A DNA stretch of 64,000 nucleotides, from contig NC_085841.1 of assembly GCF_035594765.1 (NCBI RefSeq), forward strand, positions 289,301,402 to 289,365,401, written 5' to 3'. The translations under genes and the position numbers were made by a program. The notes beneath the pieces are model-generated. The model was not told where the DNA came from and did not search any database. It saw only the letters and a list, made by a program, of their open reading frames with translations. This DNA comes from Anolis carolinensis. Its lineage: Eukaryota. Below are positions 62,775 through 64,000 of the stretch, piece after piece (the stretch's first letter is position 1; each line of letters begins with the position of its first letter).

Positions 62775-64000
62775 CACTATCTTTTCCAGTGATCTTCTTT
62801 CTTCAGAATAGCATCATGAGGTGGCTGAGCATAGGAAAAATAAATTGCATGGAGAGGGTGCACTATTCTCTCTATGCCTTCTTTCTGTATTCCTAAATTG
62901 GTCCTCCATTCTTTCTCCTCCCTCCGTTCTTTCCCCTGCCTCTGAAATGGTTCCCATCCTTGTTCCTTGCACTCTGCTGTTGGATCACCTACCTCTTTCT
63001 CACTTCGTGACACCACATCTTTCTCTCATGCCTATTTCTCTGGTTCCTTTCATGCTGCCCCTGAACCTCTTGTTTTCTTCTTTTCCCTTCTTACTTCCTT
63101 CTCCTATCTCACCCTTCAATATCTCACTTGGTGCATTTTTCTTACCAGTTACGCTCACTGGACCCCCATCTCTCCTATCCCTGCCTATCATCGCCTCTAT
63201 AGTATGCCTCTCTCTTGCTGCCTGCACTCATCTCTCTGACCTCCTCCTTGCCTCACTTCAAATATAAAATGACATTTTACTTCTTATTTATAATTTTTAT
63301 ATTCATGTATTTCAGTGTACTACTTTTTGGGCAATATGCTATATCAGCAGTACTTACATTTGCATCTACTCCTGGCAAGGAAGTAGATATATTCCTGGGC
63401 TTTACCTCTTTAACAGAAAACTTGATACAGGCAATAAGCTAACATGGGAAGAATAGTGATCCTAGGTTATTTTCTTCTTTCAACAGATTCCATTTTTATG
63501 GTTTCCATTTTAGTTTAAAGGCTTATAGATCTATGTTTCTTTCAACATGCCAGGGTAGCTGGTGAAGCAGCTGATCTGCTTTTCTCTTTTCATGATACCT
63601 TCTTCTTTACACATACTCAATAAGTGATTCTGTTGCACGTAAACACACACAGCTACAGTAGGATCACCAGATTGGATCTTCATTTTCCCAGGTCCTCCTT
63701 CTCCCCATGCAGCTGATACCTGATGAAATATGTGCGTATGAGGGATAACGTGATTGTGGCATACATACAGAACAGGTACACAACTAAAATGTGGCACATT
63801 CCAAGAACTGTCACTTTTTGTAACTGTGCAATTCTGATTCTAGCAATTGTGATTTCATTCCAATGTTTGATAGTCTATTTGAAATAGGTTTTGGAGCACA
63901 CATTATTTCTGGAAGCACTGTTGTTTTATTTTCCTAAGTTCCTTGAATTTCATTTCATAGGTCTCAATATTTCATAATCTTTTCCCTGTGCAATCTTGGG

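Overview
This is eukaryotic, repeat-rich DNA, almost certainly from a squamate reptile. The repeat set (Sauria SINE, Bov-B, Penelope, Vingi, L2, CR1, hAT/Mariner/Harbinger MITEs, Helitron) fits an anole lizard such as Anolis carolinensis. I could not identify a host protein-coding gene. The only recognisable coding sequences are retrotransposon fragments: an open L2 RT frame at 3-1127, Bov-B RT, a Penelope GIY-YIG endonuclease and a Vingi C-terminus. There is one candidate host CpG island at about 34.36-34.80 kb and four assembly gaps. The most notable structures are: (1) a nested palindrome array with a 112-bp period at 9.4-10.1 kb, attached to a CAGGGCCGG-type hAT end; (2) composite hAT elements of the same end type (42458-45027 with a perfect 8-bp TSD, and 59683-60501) that carry Penelope and MITE cargo, one with a second palindromic array; (3) seven Penelope terminal-repeat copies with minimal hammerhead-ribozyme motifs, each individually mutated, two of them in tandem; (4) a head-to-tail Helitron multimer with a captured CR1 piece, inside Bov-B, inside L2; (5) an unexplained 318-bp insert within a CR1; and (6) several non-repeat hairpins. 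Family names come from recalled consensus motifs, not database searches, and many boundaries are approximate.
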